Virus record (IMG/VR): IMGVR_UViG_3300043410_001381 | Coordinates: 1 to 59,967 of that record | DNA length: 59,967 nt | Strand: one strand, 5' to 3' | DNA from: a virus | Taxonomy: Duplodnaviria > Caudoviricetes | Shown here: piece after piece, positions 1-10,370 of the stretch | Position numbering within the stretch: position 1 is the first letter of the stretch | How the letters are laid out: each line of letters opens with the position of its first letter | The notes under the pieces: generated by a model | The model's database searches: none | The model's input: only the letters and a program-made list of their open reading frames with translations | What the model was told of the DNA's origin: nothing | Position numbers and translations under genes: made by a program

Positions 1-691
<691 letters not shown>

Positions 692-695
692 TTTT

Positions 696-701
696 TATTT
701 A
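696..701 (-). promoter_or_regulatory. TAAATA late-type promoter for dnaK
   Basis: T4 late-promoter-like core motif recurring upstream of many genes here. Confidence 0.6.
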
Positions 702-1016
702 TGCCGATGGTTCAGAATTTTTAAAAATATTTGACCATTTTTTGAGCTTTTCAATCTTAGCTCGTTTTGCAACTGTTACATTGCCCCATGATGCAACATT
801 CATTTCCATGAGGATTTCAATCATGGCTTGCATGTCGCCCAATTCTTCTTCTAAATGTTCCAAGTTTGTTTGATTGGATGCTGGGTGACTATTGTCCCAG
901 CCAAATCTGCGAATTTTACTAACTGCTTGAATTACTTCAGCAGCCTCTTCTTGAAGAATATCTAGTACTTCCTGTACATTCTGTTCTTTAAATAGTCTAT
1001 TAAGTTCTTCGTCCAT
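699..1016 (-). CDS. MazG-like NTP pyrophosphohydrolase
   Basis: EEAAEVIQ...LEEELGD acidic helical motifs; start taken at MDEEL. Confidence 0.75.
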   Translation of the reverse strand: MDEELNRLFKEQNVQEVLDILQEEAAEVIQAVSKIRRFGWDNSHPASNQTNLEHLEEELGDMQAMIEILMEMNVASWGNVTVAKRAKIEKLKKWSNIFKNSEPSA

Positions 1017-1017
1017 A

Positions 1018-1599
1018 TCAACGTTCCTTAAAAAATGGTGTGATATATGTACCATCTGCTTTGGTACTTGTGCGTAGTGTATTGTACACGTTTTGAATCC
1101 CTACTGCTTGGTTCCATGCATCTTCCAAAGCATGGTGGGCTGTAATTGGTGGGCGTTGTGGATTGATGCCTAGATCAAACGCTGTGCGTACATCGCGGAT
1201 TTCCCAAAACTTCCATGGGATGGCTTTATTGATTTTACGGAATACGTGTTCACAAATAACGACGTCAAATGATGCACCGTTTGACCATACACGTTTAGCA
1301 CCCCAGCAAAATTTGTATAATTGATGGAATGCGTCAGTAATTGGAATTCGACCGTCGGGATCGAAAGCGGCATCTTGTGCTGCTTGTGTTTGGCTAGCCC
1401 ACCATGCGACTGTGTCATCACTTGTAACAAGTCCCAGGTCGTGGCAACTATCAATATCTACTTTGACATAGAAACTATCCATGGCTTTGTCTTCACTCTC
1501 CCTACCAAACGGATCAAATTTGACTGCACCAATCGTAAGAATGGCCGCGTCCGGAGTCGTGGCCAATGTTTCTAAGTCGATCATAATATCTGTATTCAT
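1018..1599 (-). CDS. DEDDh 3'-5' exonuclease (Rv2179c/ExoVIII-like)
   Basis: MIDLETL, WSNGASFD, RDVRT, HHALEDA motifs. Confidence 0.85.
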   Translation of the reverse strand: MNTDIMIDLETLATTPDAAILTIGAVKFDPFGRESEDKAMDSFYVKVDIDSCHDLGLVTSDDTVAWWASQTQAAQDAAFDPDGRIPITDAFHQLYKFCWGAKRVWSNGASFDVVICEHVFRKINKAIPWKFWEIRDVRTAFDLGINPQRPPITAHHALEDAWNQAVGIQNVYNTLRTSTKADGTYITPFFKER

Positions 1600-1628
1600 T
1601 GTATGCTCTTTCGTAAAAATGAGCTTTA

Positions 1629-1657
1629 ATTATAACAGATATTAATTACTTTGTCAA
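1629..1657 (-). promoter_or_regulatory. sigma70-type promoter
   Basis: TTGACA-17-TATAAT perfect consensus. Confidence 0.85.
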
Positions 1658-1887
1658 TACAATTTTGGTGGTAATGACTCGTTTCTGAGCTTCTTTTTCC
1701 AACGTGCTTTTGCTGCACCCTTTTTACGTTTGCGTTCTGTCGTTGGCTTCTCGTAAAACTCTTTAGCACGTAGGGTATCTAGTGTGCCAGCCTCTTCCAT
1801 CTTACGCTTAAAGCGTCTGAGAGCCTGGTTAATGTTCTCGTTATCCTTAACGGTAACACCAGTCCCTTTACTCTTGCGATACATCAT
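1654..1887 (-). CDS. rpsU: Ribosomal protein bS21
   Basis: [13 protein letters not shown]...[14 protein letters not shown]. Confidence 0.92.
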   Translation of the reverse strand: MMYRKSKGTGVTVKDNENINQALRRFKRKMEEAGTLDTLRAKEFYEKPTTERKRKKGAAKARWKKKLRNESLPPKLY

Positions 1888-2287
1888 CGTCGTCTTCCTC
1901 TTCTTCTTGGTCTTTAAGTTGTTCTACAATCCAATCTAGGTTGTAGATTCTGTTTTTGCTAATTAACCCATAAGGTGTTAATTCGTCATTAGTTATATAG
2001 TGTGCGTTTGCCTGAGCAAGCATGAAAGTGATAAATTTCTGAGTAATTGGGTCACAATTATCAACATCAATAATAACCACATCAACTTGCTGTGCTACGC
2101 TCAACATCCAACTAATATCAGTTTCTTCCACATCAAAAATAAAGACATTTAAATCGTCAATACTCTGACTTAGAATTGTTTTGAACTGCTCTTTAACATG
2201 CGTTGAAGGCTTAACTAACAAGTAGCTAATGTTCAAATTGAATAACTTGTCCGGCGGTGTTATTACTGTAATGTTACCTAAGCTCAT
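1868..2287 (-). CDS. Hypothetical protein
   Basis: ORF coupled to neighbours, acidic tail; start at MSLGN. Confidence 0.7.
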   Translation of the reverse strand: MSLGNITVITPPDKLFNLNISYLLVKPSTHVKEQFKTILSQSIDDLNVFIFDVEETDISWMLSVAQQVDVVIIDVDNCDPITQKFITFMLAQANAHYITNDELTPYGLISKNRIYNLDWIVEQLKDQEEEEDDDDVSQE

Positions 2288-2600
2288 AAATCCTTCTTGC
2301 AAAATATTCTAACTGTTCGTGTGGGAAATCATTGTATTTACGATTTCCTGACTTTATAGCTTCTAAAAAGTTATAAAGTTCTGGCTCTGTTTCTTGATTA
2401 ACGTGTATGCCTGTGAATTGATCTTTATTAAACTCGACGTATAAACGATCAATTGGTTTTAGTGGATCTGATGATGGTGTTTTAGATATGCGTTGCCAAA
2501 TAGAAGTTGGAGCACTTTGCTCTTCATTCTGAATATAGCCTACTACTCGTGGCTCTTGACTTGTGTCTTGCCCGTCTCGTCCTTCACCATGTAAGTCTTT
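2274..2600 (-). CDS. Start-less -1 frame extension (about 107 codons) of the upstream membrane protein
   Basis: Open -1 frame from the A9G slippery run to TAA at 2274; no ATG/GTG/TTG; fills the gap in the ORF track. Confidence 0.7.
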   Translation of the reverse strand, partial: KDLHGEGRDGQDTSQEPRVVGYIQNEEQSAPTSIWQRISKTPSSDPLKPIDRLYVEFNKDQFTGIHVNQETEPELYNFLEAIKSGNRKYNDFPHEQLEYFARRIYELR

Positions 2601-3859
2601 TTTTTTGAATCTTCCTCTGTAGGAGGAGTTATGTAATCACCTGGGCGTTCAAGACTTGCATCAAGGCCCGGGGCATTTGGGTTAACATATTGATCAATAT
2701 CAATCAACTCAACTTCTTCACCAGTTTGGTTAATATAAGATTCACCTCTGGCTACTCTATCTTGTACTGTATCTTCTGATGCCTTGGCTACTTCTGCCTC
2801 TGCTTCAGCAACCATTCTATTCCAACGATCTAAGTCAGTTTCTTGAGCAGGCTCTTGTGGTGTAATACCAAAGCGTTCTGCAGAACTAATGTCACCAGAT
2901 ATTGGGTAGTCTGGTTCATGGAACTCTTCAATGTATGAGTATGGGATTGGTTCACCATTGTCTAATGCACGAGCAACTTCTTTGCCTCTACGGAAGAATT
3001 CTTCAACTTCTGGGTCAGCACCCTCATCAGGATGTACTTCTGTTTCAGTATGTGGCACGGTATTGTGCAACAATGGTTCTTCTTCCTCTGCTAAAGGATC
3101 ACGCCCTTTGTTATGCCACATGAATGTCATTTGTGCGGCTAACAACATAATAACTGCTAACGGATCAAATACTACAATGATAGTAATAATAACCCAAGTA
3201 ACAGCACGTTCTAAAACTGATTCATCAGTTGCGCCATATACAAATGCCGCAATGTATTTTAGTGGACCTACTTCAGCTTCTACTTTGCGTACTTCTGCAC
3301 GAATTGGTGCGGCTTCGTCATTAAGAGATGAAATGATTTTCTGGTTGGCTTCGATGTCCTTCGCCAGGGCACTACGATCACGTTGTTGAGACTTACGTAT
3401 AGCAACGGCTTTGTCGGCACCTTTTTCATCTGTACTTCTGCCCATGACTTGGTCCACAGCCTCGTCCATTTGTTTGAGCTGCTTACGGTCGGCTTCGATA
3501 TTGTCTCTTGCAGTACGTATTTTTTCGTCATAGATTGCAATCTTGCTTTGCACATCGCCACTTACTAAACTTTGGTCGCTGTGTGCTTTTGATAAAAATC
3601 CAAAGATACCCATAGATGTGATTAACATGAGAACTGCGACCGCAGTAGTCATGTAAACCTTCATTAAACGGGGAGCTCTAGTCCAATTAGCTTTTAACCA
3701 ACTAGCACAAACAAGTTTAGCAACCTCTAACGCTGATCCCATCACGATGATAGGAATTACTGCGGCAGAGAAAATAGCGGCCAAACCTACTACTGAGTAG
3801 TAGATTGCGACCGCTGAAATTGTTAAACCTGTGAGTAGTAATAGATAAGCTAATAACAT
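2543..3859 (-). CDS. Membrane protein with coiled coil and acidic tail
   Basis: Three N-terminal hydrophobic helices, coiled coil, fourth TM segment. Confidence 0.8.
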   Translation of the reverse strand: MLLAYLLLLTGLTISAVAIYYSVVGLAAIFSAAVIPIIVMGSALEVAKLVCASWLKANWTRAPRLMKVYMTTAVAVLMLITSMGIFGFLSKAHSDQSLVSGDVQSKIAIYDEKIRTARDNIEADRKQLKQMDEAVDQVMGRSTDEKGADKAVAIRKSQQRDRSALAKDIEANQKIISSLNDEAAPIRAEVRKVEAEVGPLKYIAAFVYGATDESVLERAVTWVIITIIVVFDPLAVIMLLAAQMTFMWHNKGRDPLAEEEEPLLHNTVPHTETEVHPDEGADPEVEEFFRRGKEVARALDNGEPIPYSYIEEFHEPDYPISGDISSAERFGITPQEPAQETDLDRWNRMVAEAEAEVAKASEDTVQDRVARGESYINQTGEEVELIDIDQYVNPNAPGLDASLERPGDYITPPTEEDSKKKTYMVKDETGKTQVKSHE

Positions 3860-3866
3860 GCACTAA

Positions 3867-4475
3867 TTATGCATTAACTAACGTAGCTGTGTCAATTAAA
3901 GTGACTGTCACTGTGCCCAAAGTTTGAGCTGCTGTACCGCTAGCTGCAACTGTGATCGATTGTTGATCATCATTTGGACCTGTTGGGTCAAATACACGAA
4001 CGTTAGCAGTAGTAGCATCACGAACGCCTTGTGCTACGGCATTAGCAATAGCTTTAGCAACTGTATCCATTGCGCTGTTACCGATATCATTGCCAACAAC
4101 TGTAGTACCTTGGTATTGTCCAGTTAATGGAATGAATGCATCACGATCATACTTTACAGTGAATGTTAATGATGTTGCTTGAGCATCAGCATTAGCTTCT
4201 GTAATAGTTAAGTCTAGAATTTGGCAATCGCCCAATCCTGACAAACGATTGATTACGTTACGGAAACGCATATTTCCACGAGCACGAGTTTGTGACTTTG
4301 CTAATGTTGACGGTAAGTTAGCTGTGCTAAATGCGTCACTTGCAGTTGGGGTTACACCGCCACCAGTGTTACCTGATGTAGTTGTTGGGTAGTAAGTACC
4401 ACTGCTCATATCAATTACAACTCTATACAAATTTGGCTGTAATTGGTTACTATCTTGTTGAAATCCTGATGGCAT
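3867..4475 (-). CDS. Probable virion structural protein
   Basis: Thr/Ala/Gly-rich; AGGAG SD; TAAATA at 4498-4503. Confidence 0.55.
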   Translation of the reverse strand: MPSGFQQDSNQLQPNLYRVVIDMSSGTYYPTTTSGNTGGGVTPTASDAFSTANLPSTLAKSQTRARGNMRFRNVINRLSGLGDCQILDLTITEANADAQATSLTFTVKYDRDAFIPLTGQYQGTTVVGNDIGNSAMDTVAKAIANAVAQGVRDATTANVRVFDPTGPNDDQQSITVAASGTAAQTLGTVTVTLIDTATLVNA

Positions 4476-4506
4476 TATTATGCTCCTTAATATAAGGTAT
4501 TTATCG

Positions 4507-4842
4507 TTACTTAAACACGATAAGGGCTAAAAGGGCAGCTTGAACAAAGAAACCCAGCCCGATCGTAATGATATTAAGCAGATCTTTCTGAATGGTTGCT
4601 TTGATAAAGAAGCAGAACAGCCCAACCCAGCTGAAAAGTACCATATCAACTGGTGGCATCTTTTCAGTTAGCCCTGTCAAAACTGCTAGCATCGTTGGGA
4701 TTGTTGCTAGGTGCAGTAAAACTACTGCGACCCAGCCCATTGTTTCTGCACTGATTCTTGGGGCATGTTCTTTAATGTTTTGAACCCATAGATCCAGATT
4801 AAGAAAATCGTGTACTCCGGACTTGATTTTATTCATATCCAT
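4507..4842 (-). CDS. Small multi-pass membrane protein (possible holin)
   Basis: Three hydrophobic segments; directly downstream of cell wall hydrolase. Confidence 0.55.
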   Translation of the reverse strand: MDMNKIKSGVHDFLNLDLWVQNIKEHAPRISAETMGWVAVVLLHLATIPTMLAVLTGLTEKMPPVDMVLFSWVGLFCFFIKATIQKDLLNIITIGLGFFVQAALLALIVFK

Positions 4843-4851
4843 TTTGAATCC

Positions 4852-5382
4852 TTATTGATAGAAGATGTGGCGGCCGATTTTAACTAATGGCTTTTTGCCC
4901 CATCCTGGGTTAATGTAATCTCCATGGAAATACAGGGCGTTCTTTAAATCAGGAAGTCTAAATCCTTCTAGAAGCACTTTCTTTGCTACTTCCATTGACT
5001 CTGTGTAAACTGCGCCATTCATTGGCTTCTTTAATGAAGCTGAATCGCAATACCAGCTGAACTGGCAAAGAACTTTTTCATACACTACGTTCTTTTGATA
5101 TACTACTTGGCAGATGTCACTAGGGAATTGTCCCGATTCTGCACGATTGATTGTAACCTGGGCTACTGCGACCTTGCCTTCAAAAGGTTCATAGCCTGCT
5201 TCGTGGTAAATGTTGCGAGCTAGACAATCTAGTTGTTTTTGTCTTAGTTCTGCTGTAATTGGGCTTGCGTTCTCTCGCATAGCCTTCAAGTGGTCGAATT
5301 TGTAATTGACTGCACGAATGCTTACTGTTACCACTGCAATTGCCGCTAGGGCATATACTGCTGTTTTTATGATGCGTATCAT
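4852..5382 (-). CDS. SleB/Hydrolase_2 cell wall hydrolase
   Basis: CLARNIYHEA, GKVAVAQVTINR, CQFSW, IGRHIFY; N-terminal anchor. Confidence 0.92.
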   Translation of the reverse strand: MIRIIKTAVYALAAIAVVTVSIRAVNYKFDHLKAMRENASPITAELRQKQLDCLARNIYHEAGYEPFEGKVAVAQVTINRAESGQFPSDICQVVYQKNVVYEKVLCQFSWYCDSASLKKPMNGAVYTESMEVAKKVLLEGFRLPDLKNALYFHGDYINPGWGKKPLVKIGRHIFYQ

Positions 5383-5542
5383 TTTCTTTCTCCTTTACGC
5401 TGGATCAGGAATTGCTAGTTCCGTCATTATATGGCTCGATACATCTCCTCATGCGTTAAAGCCTTACTTCATTATGTACCAAAACCTTTTGGTACAATAA
5501 TTAATTATCCTCAGATCAATGGTAGAAAACATATACTTTAAG

Positions 5543-5932
5543 TTATCTACGCATTTTACTGATATCAATCGCCTCTTCGTCACTAAAAACAGGTACTGCA
5601 TTGCTTTTGTGCATCGTTGCGATTCCCTTAACCTTAGTGCCTGTATACACTTTCGGTTGTTGTTTTACAGCAACACCCCCACCAGAATCCCTACTTTTAA
5701 TGTGGGAAGTGGTATTTCTACCTTCTGGGATAGCAAGGGATGGAATCTTGCCATAAGTACTACTCGATGTTGCTTTCTTTGTTAGATCGCTAACACCGTG
5801 TTTCTTTTTTAATTCTTGCCAGCTTGCCTCTAGTTCTCTTGCTAGACGGGCTGCTTCAGCATTTCGATACTTGGTTTTACCCTTTTTCTTGCCTGTAGTA
5901 CTAAGCCACGGACCTTCAATATGCATTGACAT
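5543..5932 (-). CDS. Basic phage hypothetical protein
   Basis: Lys-rich, IATMHKSNAVPV motif; own sigma70 promoter. Confidence 0.7.
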   Translation of the reverse strand: MSMHIEGPWLSTTGKKKGKTKYRNAEAARLARELEASWQELKKKHGVSDLTKKATSSSTYGKIPSLAIPEGRNTTSHIKSRDSGGGVAVKQQPKVYTGTKVKGIATMHKSNAVPVFSDEEAIDISKMRR

Positions 5933-5963
5933 AAAACATACCAAAATTGTTTAACATGTCGCT

Positions 5964-5992
5964 ATTATAGCGCCAATTTTGGTACTTGTCAA
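5964..5992 (-). promoter_or_regulatory. sigma70-type promoter
   Basis: TTGACA-17-TATAAT. Confidence 0.85.
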
Positions 5993-5993
5993 C

Positions 5994-6302
5994 TTAGTTA
6001 GGAACTAAAGCAGGTTTATAACAATTACAACTTGGGTCAATTAATGCTTCCCAATGATATCCTGCGGGCTGTGGCCAAAGTGGTGCAGCTGGTGGTGGAT
6101 AAACGGGCTGAGGTTGAACTACAACGATTTCGGTACGGCGTTGTTGCGCTACTTCATACACTATTACCCCACCGATGACAGTTGGTACTACCCAACCGTA
6201 GTCAGGACGGTAAACATAATGTCCACCGCCATGACGCCAGCGGTCAGCATATGATGCTGATGAAACTAAACTTAACAATATGATTGCTAAGAGTTTTTTC
6301 AT
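5994..6302 (-). CDS. Secreted proline-rich protein
   Basis: Signal peptide MKKLLAIILLSLVSSASYA; Pro-rich segment. Confidence 0.7.
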   Translation of the reverse strand: MKKLLAIILLSLVSSASYADRWRHGGGHYVYRPDYGWVVPTVIGGVIVYEVAQQRRTEIVVVQPQPVYPPPAAPLWPQPAGYHWEALIDPSCNCYKPALVPN

Positions 6303-6303
6303 T

Positions 6304-6507
6304 TTACTTCTTTTGTTCTTTTGCTGCTTGACGAGCGGCCTTTGTATCAGTAACGTCTTTACGACCTTCCTTACACAATGCTGCTAGTGCTTGCAAATGC
6401 TTACGTACACGAGCACCTGCTGCGCCTACTTCTTTGTCATAAAACTTTTCGAAGTCACCTTCCATTTCTTCTACGATCTTTGTGAACTCTTTAAAATTGT
6501 TAGCCAT
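6304..6507 (-). CDS. Hc1/histone H1-like small basic protein
   Basis: FEKFYDKEVGAAGARVRKHLQ; AGGAG SD before MANNF. Confidence 0.7.
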   Translation of the reverse strand: MANNFKEFTKIVEEMEGDFEKFYDKEVGAAGARVRKHLQALAALCKEGRKDVTDTKAARQAAKEQKK

Positions 6508-6526
6508 ATAGCTCTCCTTTTGTTTT

Positions 6527-6554
6527 ATTATATAGTGTTTATTCTCCATGTCAA
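6527..6554 (-). promoter_or_regulatory. sigma70-type promoter
   Basis: TTGACA-16-TATAAT. Confidence 0.75.
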
Positions 6555-6590
6555 GAAATTTAGTTCATAAATATTGACGAGGAAAATGAT

Positions 6591-6914
6591 ATGCCAAAAA
6601 TAGCACGAGTTGGTGACACTGGTCAAGGAGTTTGCCGAGCTGGGCATCCTGGGATTCCTAAGGGCATTCCGAAACCGATGATTACAACGTTTGTAACAGG
6701 AACTAGCACAGTATTCTTGAATAATAAGCCATTGGCTCTTCAAGGAACAGTTGGTAACACAGATTGTGGACACCATACTGTTGCTGTATCATATTCACCT
6801 ACTGTATTTGCTGAGAATAAACCCTTGCATAGAGTAGGTGACACTGGGATAGTAACTGAAGATGGTAGCGGTGAATATGTTACTATTACCGCATCCCCCG
6901 ATACAGATGGTTAA
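6591..6914 (+). CDS. PAAR-like baseplate spike tip (T4 gp5.4-like)
   Basis: ARVGD, GTSTVFLNNKP, CGH, HRVGD; TAAATA at 6568-6573. Confidence 0.8.
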   Translation: MPKIARVGDTGQGVCRAGHPGIPKGIPKPMITTFVTGTSTVFLNNKPLALQGTVGNTDCGHHTVAVSYSPTVFAENKPLHRVGDTGIVTEDGSGEYVTITASPDTDG

Positions 6915-7201
6915 ACTAACTTAATTCCTGAGGTTGACTCTAGGAATTGTTTAGCGAATGCTTCATCAGTTGGTTCTGACACTGTAACAGTGATCTTAGA
7001 AAGTTTTACTTCACGATCTGGATTGACTGTGAACAAGTATGGCATTAAGCCTGGCCCTTGCTGGCCCATACCAATAACCATTGGCTTTGATAACTTATAA
7101 TAAGTGTCTGTCTCTTCTGTTAGTTTTGCAACTAACTCTTCGCCTGATGTGAGTTTTAATGTGATAACTTCGCCTACTGCGACGCCTTTCTGAATTAACA
7201 T
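6911..7201 (-). CDS. Phage hypothetical protein (possible Sm-like fold)
   Basis: LKLTSGEELVAK beta-rich start; coupled to glutaredoxin. Confidence 0.6.
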   Translation of the reverse strand: MLIQKGVAVGEVITLKLTSGEELVAKLTEETDTYYKLSKPMVIGMGQQGPGLMPYLFTVNPDREVKLSKITVTVSEPTDEAFAKQFLESTSGIKLV

Positions 7202-7202
7202 A

Positions 7203-7430
7203 TTATACCTTTTCTAAAAATGTTTTAAGTTCTGTAAATCCACCAATTAATTGATCATCAACAAAAATTTGTGGAACTGTACGGGCATTTGGAATTGCTT
7301 CTAACAACTCTTCCTTGGTGTACCCGTCACCAATTTTCTTCTCTTCAAACTCAATACCCTTTTGCTTTAGCAATGCTTTTGCTTGATCACAATACGGGCA
7401 GTGATACTTTGACCATACTACTGCTTTCAT
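7203..7430 (-). CDS. Glutaredoxin
   Basis: CPYC, TVPQIF, IGGF. Confidence 0.95.
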   Translation of the reverse strand: MKAVVWSKYHCPYCDQAKALLKQKGIEFEEKKIGDGYTKEELLEAIPNARTVPQIFVDDQLIGGFTELKTFLEKV

Positions 7431-7759
7431 TTGCTTACCCTATTACGTTGTTGTTCTTTCTCTAGTAGCTCTTTTAGGCGAGCAATTTCTTTGGATTCTT
7501 TAGCGTGTTTACTTTCTTCACGTGTGCGTGGTTCAACTTTGATAACGCACGGACTATCAATTTTAACACTCATCTCATGGCAGCGATTGCTCCAATTAAG
7601 CAACGTGTCACTTAGCCAGTCCAAAAATTGTACTCTAAGGCATCGATTCTTTTCTTCAATATCGTGAAATTTGGTTAGTAATCCCTTCATTTCCAAGCCT
7701 GCTGACGTGTGTTTAACACCATCTTTATGTAGTTCTATAGTTTTCTTTAGTGTTGTCAT
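7427..7759 (-). CDS. Hypothetical protein
   Basis: ORF with SD, overlaps glutaredoxin start. Confidence 0.6.
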   Translation of the reverse strand: MTTLKKTIELHKDGVKHTSAGLEMKGLLTKFHDIEEKNRCLRVQFLDWLSDTLLNWSNRCHEMSVKIDSPCVIKVEPRTREESKHAKESKEIARLKELLEKEQQRNRVSK

Positions 7760-7771
7760 ATATTCCCTCTC

Positions 7772-9238
7772 TTAAAATTTACCCATAATTCTAATATGTT
7801 CACGGTGTGTTAATAAACCTAAACGAGTATCATCACCCTTCCATCTATTAAAAGTATCTTCAATATCTTTTCTAGCATAATCTGGTTGGTTCATCCAACA
7901 ACGTTTAATGCTATCTATATCAAATAGTCCCAATCCATACATAACTGTAATCCAATTGGCATCCCTAAACATGTTGAATGGTCTATCAAAGTAGTGAATT
8001 GATGGCATTGAGTGCTTAAATGTCTCTAACGTTTCTTTATTGAAATCAGTAACTTCAAATTCAAACTCTCTCCAGAATTTTGTATCATCACGCTTTGTGA
8101 AATAGTGTAACTGAATAAAGTCAACAATATTACTGAACATACTATCCATTATGCTGTTGTACTTCTTCTCAACACCGAGGTCACCAGGGCGCCAGTTTGC
8201 TAATAAGTTGTTTAGTAGGAACACCTGCTGTAAACTAGCACCGATACTACTTGCTTCAAGTGGTTCTACAAATACTGCTGACAATCCAATGGCAACGCAA
8301 TTCTTAATCATTACTTTGTCAACACGCCCTGCACTAAACTTGATGTCTTTAGCCACTTCAATTTTATGCCCTAATGCTTGTTCAACCTCAGCAACAGCTT
8401 GGTCAGCACTAATAAAGTGGTCGCAGAATACATATCCATTACCATGTCTCTCTTGTGTTGGGATCTTCCATCTCCAACCCGCATCCATGGCAGTAGATTC
8501 AGTATAACTGTTTATGTGTTCTTCCCTACCAGTCGGAAATGCAATGGCGTGGTTCATTGGTAAGTATTTGCCGTAGTCTACCCACTTTGCACCAAGTTCT
8601 TTTATAATTACTTTACTGAATCCACTTGAGTCGATAAAGAAGTCTGCTGAGTGCGTATTGTTATTTTTGTCAACTAGACTTTCAACATATCCGTTTTCAT
8701 CTAACACTACCTTTTCCACAATCGCATCAGTAAACGTAATACCAATAGCATTAGCTACCTTATGCAAATATTTGTTTAACTTAAATGTATCAAAGTGAAA
8801 CTGATTAGTGCCATTCCAGTTTGGAACAAATTTACTATAAGGGATGTATGCTGATGTCATAGTCTCTTGTTCTAACTCATTGGCAACTACGTAAGTGTAA
8901 TATGAAGGTACTCTGTTAATAAAAACCGAATCCCATGGACTAACTACTGAATGGAAGTAATGTTTACCATCACCATTCCAGTTAGTAAACTTGATACCAG
9001 TCTTAAACGTGGCATCAGTTTCCTTTAATAGTTCTTCAAGTGGAATACCTACATTATCCATAAACTCACGCCAGTGTTCTGTACTACCTTCTCCAACACC
9101 GATGATGCCTAATTCTGATGACTCTAGCACTTGAATGTTAAGGTGTGGGTTAGAGCGTCTTAAAACAATGGCTGATACTAGTCCTGCTGTACCACCACCT
9201 ACTACGATAATTTTATTAATATCGTGTGCTTGCTTCAT
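7772..9238 (-). CDS. Flavin-dependent tryptophan halogenase-like protein
   Basis: GGGTAG, GVGEGS, ATFKTGI (catalytic Lys position), GWRWKIP, FVEPLEAS. Confidence 0.9.
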   Translation of the reverse strand: MKQAHDINKIIVVGGGTAGLVSAIVLRRSNPHLNIQVLESSELGIIGVGEGSTEHWREFMDNVGIPLEELLKETDATFKTGIKFTNWNGDGKHYFHSVVSPWDSVFINRVPSYYTYVVANELEQETMTSAYIPYSKFVPNWNGTNQFHFDTFKLNKYLHKVANAIGITFTDAIVEKVVLDENGYVESLVDKNNNTHSADFFIDSSGFSKVIIKELGAKWVDYGKYLPMNHAIAFPTGREEHINSYTESTAMDAGWRWKIPTQERHGNGYVFCDHFISADQAVAEVEQALGHKIEVAKDIKFSAGRVDKVMIKNCVAIGLSAVFVEPLEASSIGASLQQVFLLNNLLANWRPGDLGVEKKYNSIMDSMFSNIVDFIQLHYFTKRDDTKFWREFEFEVTDFNKETLETFKHSMPSIHYFDRPFNMFRDANWITVMYGLGLFDIDSIKRCWMNQPDYARKDIEDTFNRWKGDDTRLGLLTHREHIRIMGKF

Positions 9239-9269
9239 TCATTTACCTTTTTAGTTTTAATTTAGCCTA

Positions 9270-10370
9270 TTAGATTGATGGCAATGCATTGTAATCCAAG
9301 TTCTCTGACATTACACCGATAACATAGCTTGTTGATTCTGTTTCTTGTAATGCTGATTGCTTCTTACTTGTATCGCTATGTTTGTTGAACCATGGGATTG
9401 GTGTGCTCTTTGGTGCGTGACCAAGGTACTTAATACCAACATCATGTAATGCACTACGAGCTGTGTAGTCTACAAAGTCCTTTAGGATGTTAGCATTCAA
9501 ACCAATAACTGGTCCTTTGCTAAACAAATACTCTGCCCACTCTTTTTCTTCGCGAATTACATCTTCATACAGTGCGTATACTTCTGCTTCGCATTCTACT
9601 TTGATTGCAGCAAAACGTGGATCTTCTTTTACAACTTGATTAATCAAGTATGCAGTCCAACCTTTATGCAACAACTCATCTTGCAAAATCAAACTAATAA
9701 TGTTTCCATTACCAATAAAGATTTTGTTCTCAACCATTGCTAACGAAGTAGCAAATGATACCATAAAGCGGAAAGCTTCTAACGCATATGAAGCGTGTAG
9801 TGCTAACCAAATTGCTTTAATGTGTTCTTTCTCTGGAATTACTTCACCGAGTTCCTTACGACAGTTGATCTTGTGTAAGGCATCATAGTAATTTCCGACA
9901 CCAGAGGCCATATCAACGATCGCCTTTGTGTCATGGATAGTGTTAAAAACTTCTTTTGGAACGTTGTAGATGTTACGAATGATGTGACTGTAACTTCTGC
10001 TGTGGATGTTAGTTTCAAAGAATGTCCAATTGTAAATTAACGCTTCTAATTCAGGCAATGATACAACAGGTGTAAACACTTGGCTTGGCGCACGACCTTG
10101 TAAGCTATCCAATGCTGTTTGACGTAGTAAGTTACTTGTGAAGATATGTTTAACAGCTTCACTTGCTTCTTTAAAATCAACACCGTCCTTTGTTAATGTT
10201 ACTTCTTCAGGAATCCAAAAGAAGCCACGGGCAGTTTGTTCAAAGTCTACAATCTTTTTATATTTGACTTCTTCAAAACGTTGGATAGTAACTGGACCAG
10301 CTGGGTCCAGAAACATCTTACGATTCAAATAGTCTGTTTTAGTGTTTAAATTATACTGTGCTTGTGACAT
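9270..10370 (-). CDS. nrdB: Class Ia ribonucleotide reductase beta subunit
   Basis: QTALDS, ETNIHSRSY, ALEAFRF, QDELLH: iron ligands and radical Tyr. Confidence 0.95.
   Translation of the reverse strand: MSQAQYNLNTKTDYLNRKMFLDPAGPVTIQRFEEVKYKKIVDFEQTARGFFWIPEEVTLTKDGVDFKEASEAVKHIFTSNLLRQTALDSLQGRAPSQVFTPVVSLPELEALIYNWTFFETNIHSRSYSHIIRNIYNVPKEVFNTIHDTKAIVDMASGVGNYYDALHKINCRKELGEVIPEKEHIKAIWLALHASYALEAFRFMVSFATSLAMVENKIFIGNGNIISLILQDELLHKGWTAYLINQVVKEDPRFAAIKVECEAEVYALYEDVIREEKEWAEYLFSKGPVIGLNANILKDFVDYTARSALHDVGIKYLGHAPKSTPIPWFNKHSDTSKKQSALQETESTSYVIGVMSENLDYNALPSI

Noticed and set aside
2543-2606. A9 runs as pseudogene lesions or homopolymer errors
   Set aside because: The same 12-nt context and phase occur twice with intact frames; disfavoured, but only reads can exclude it.
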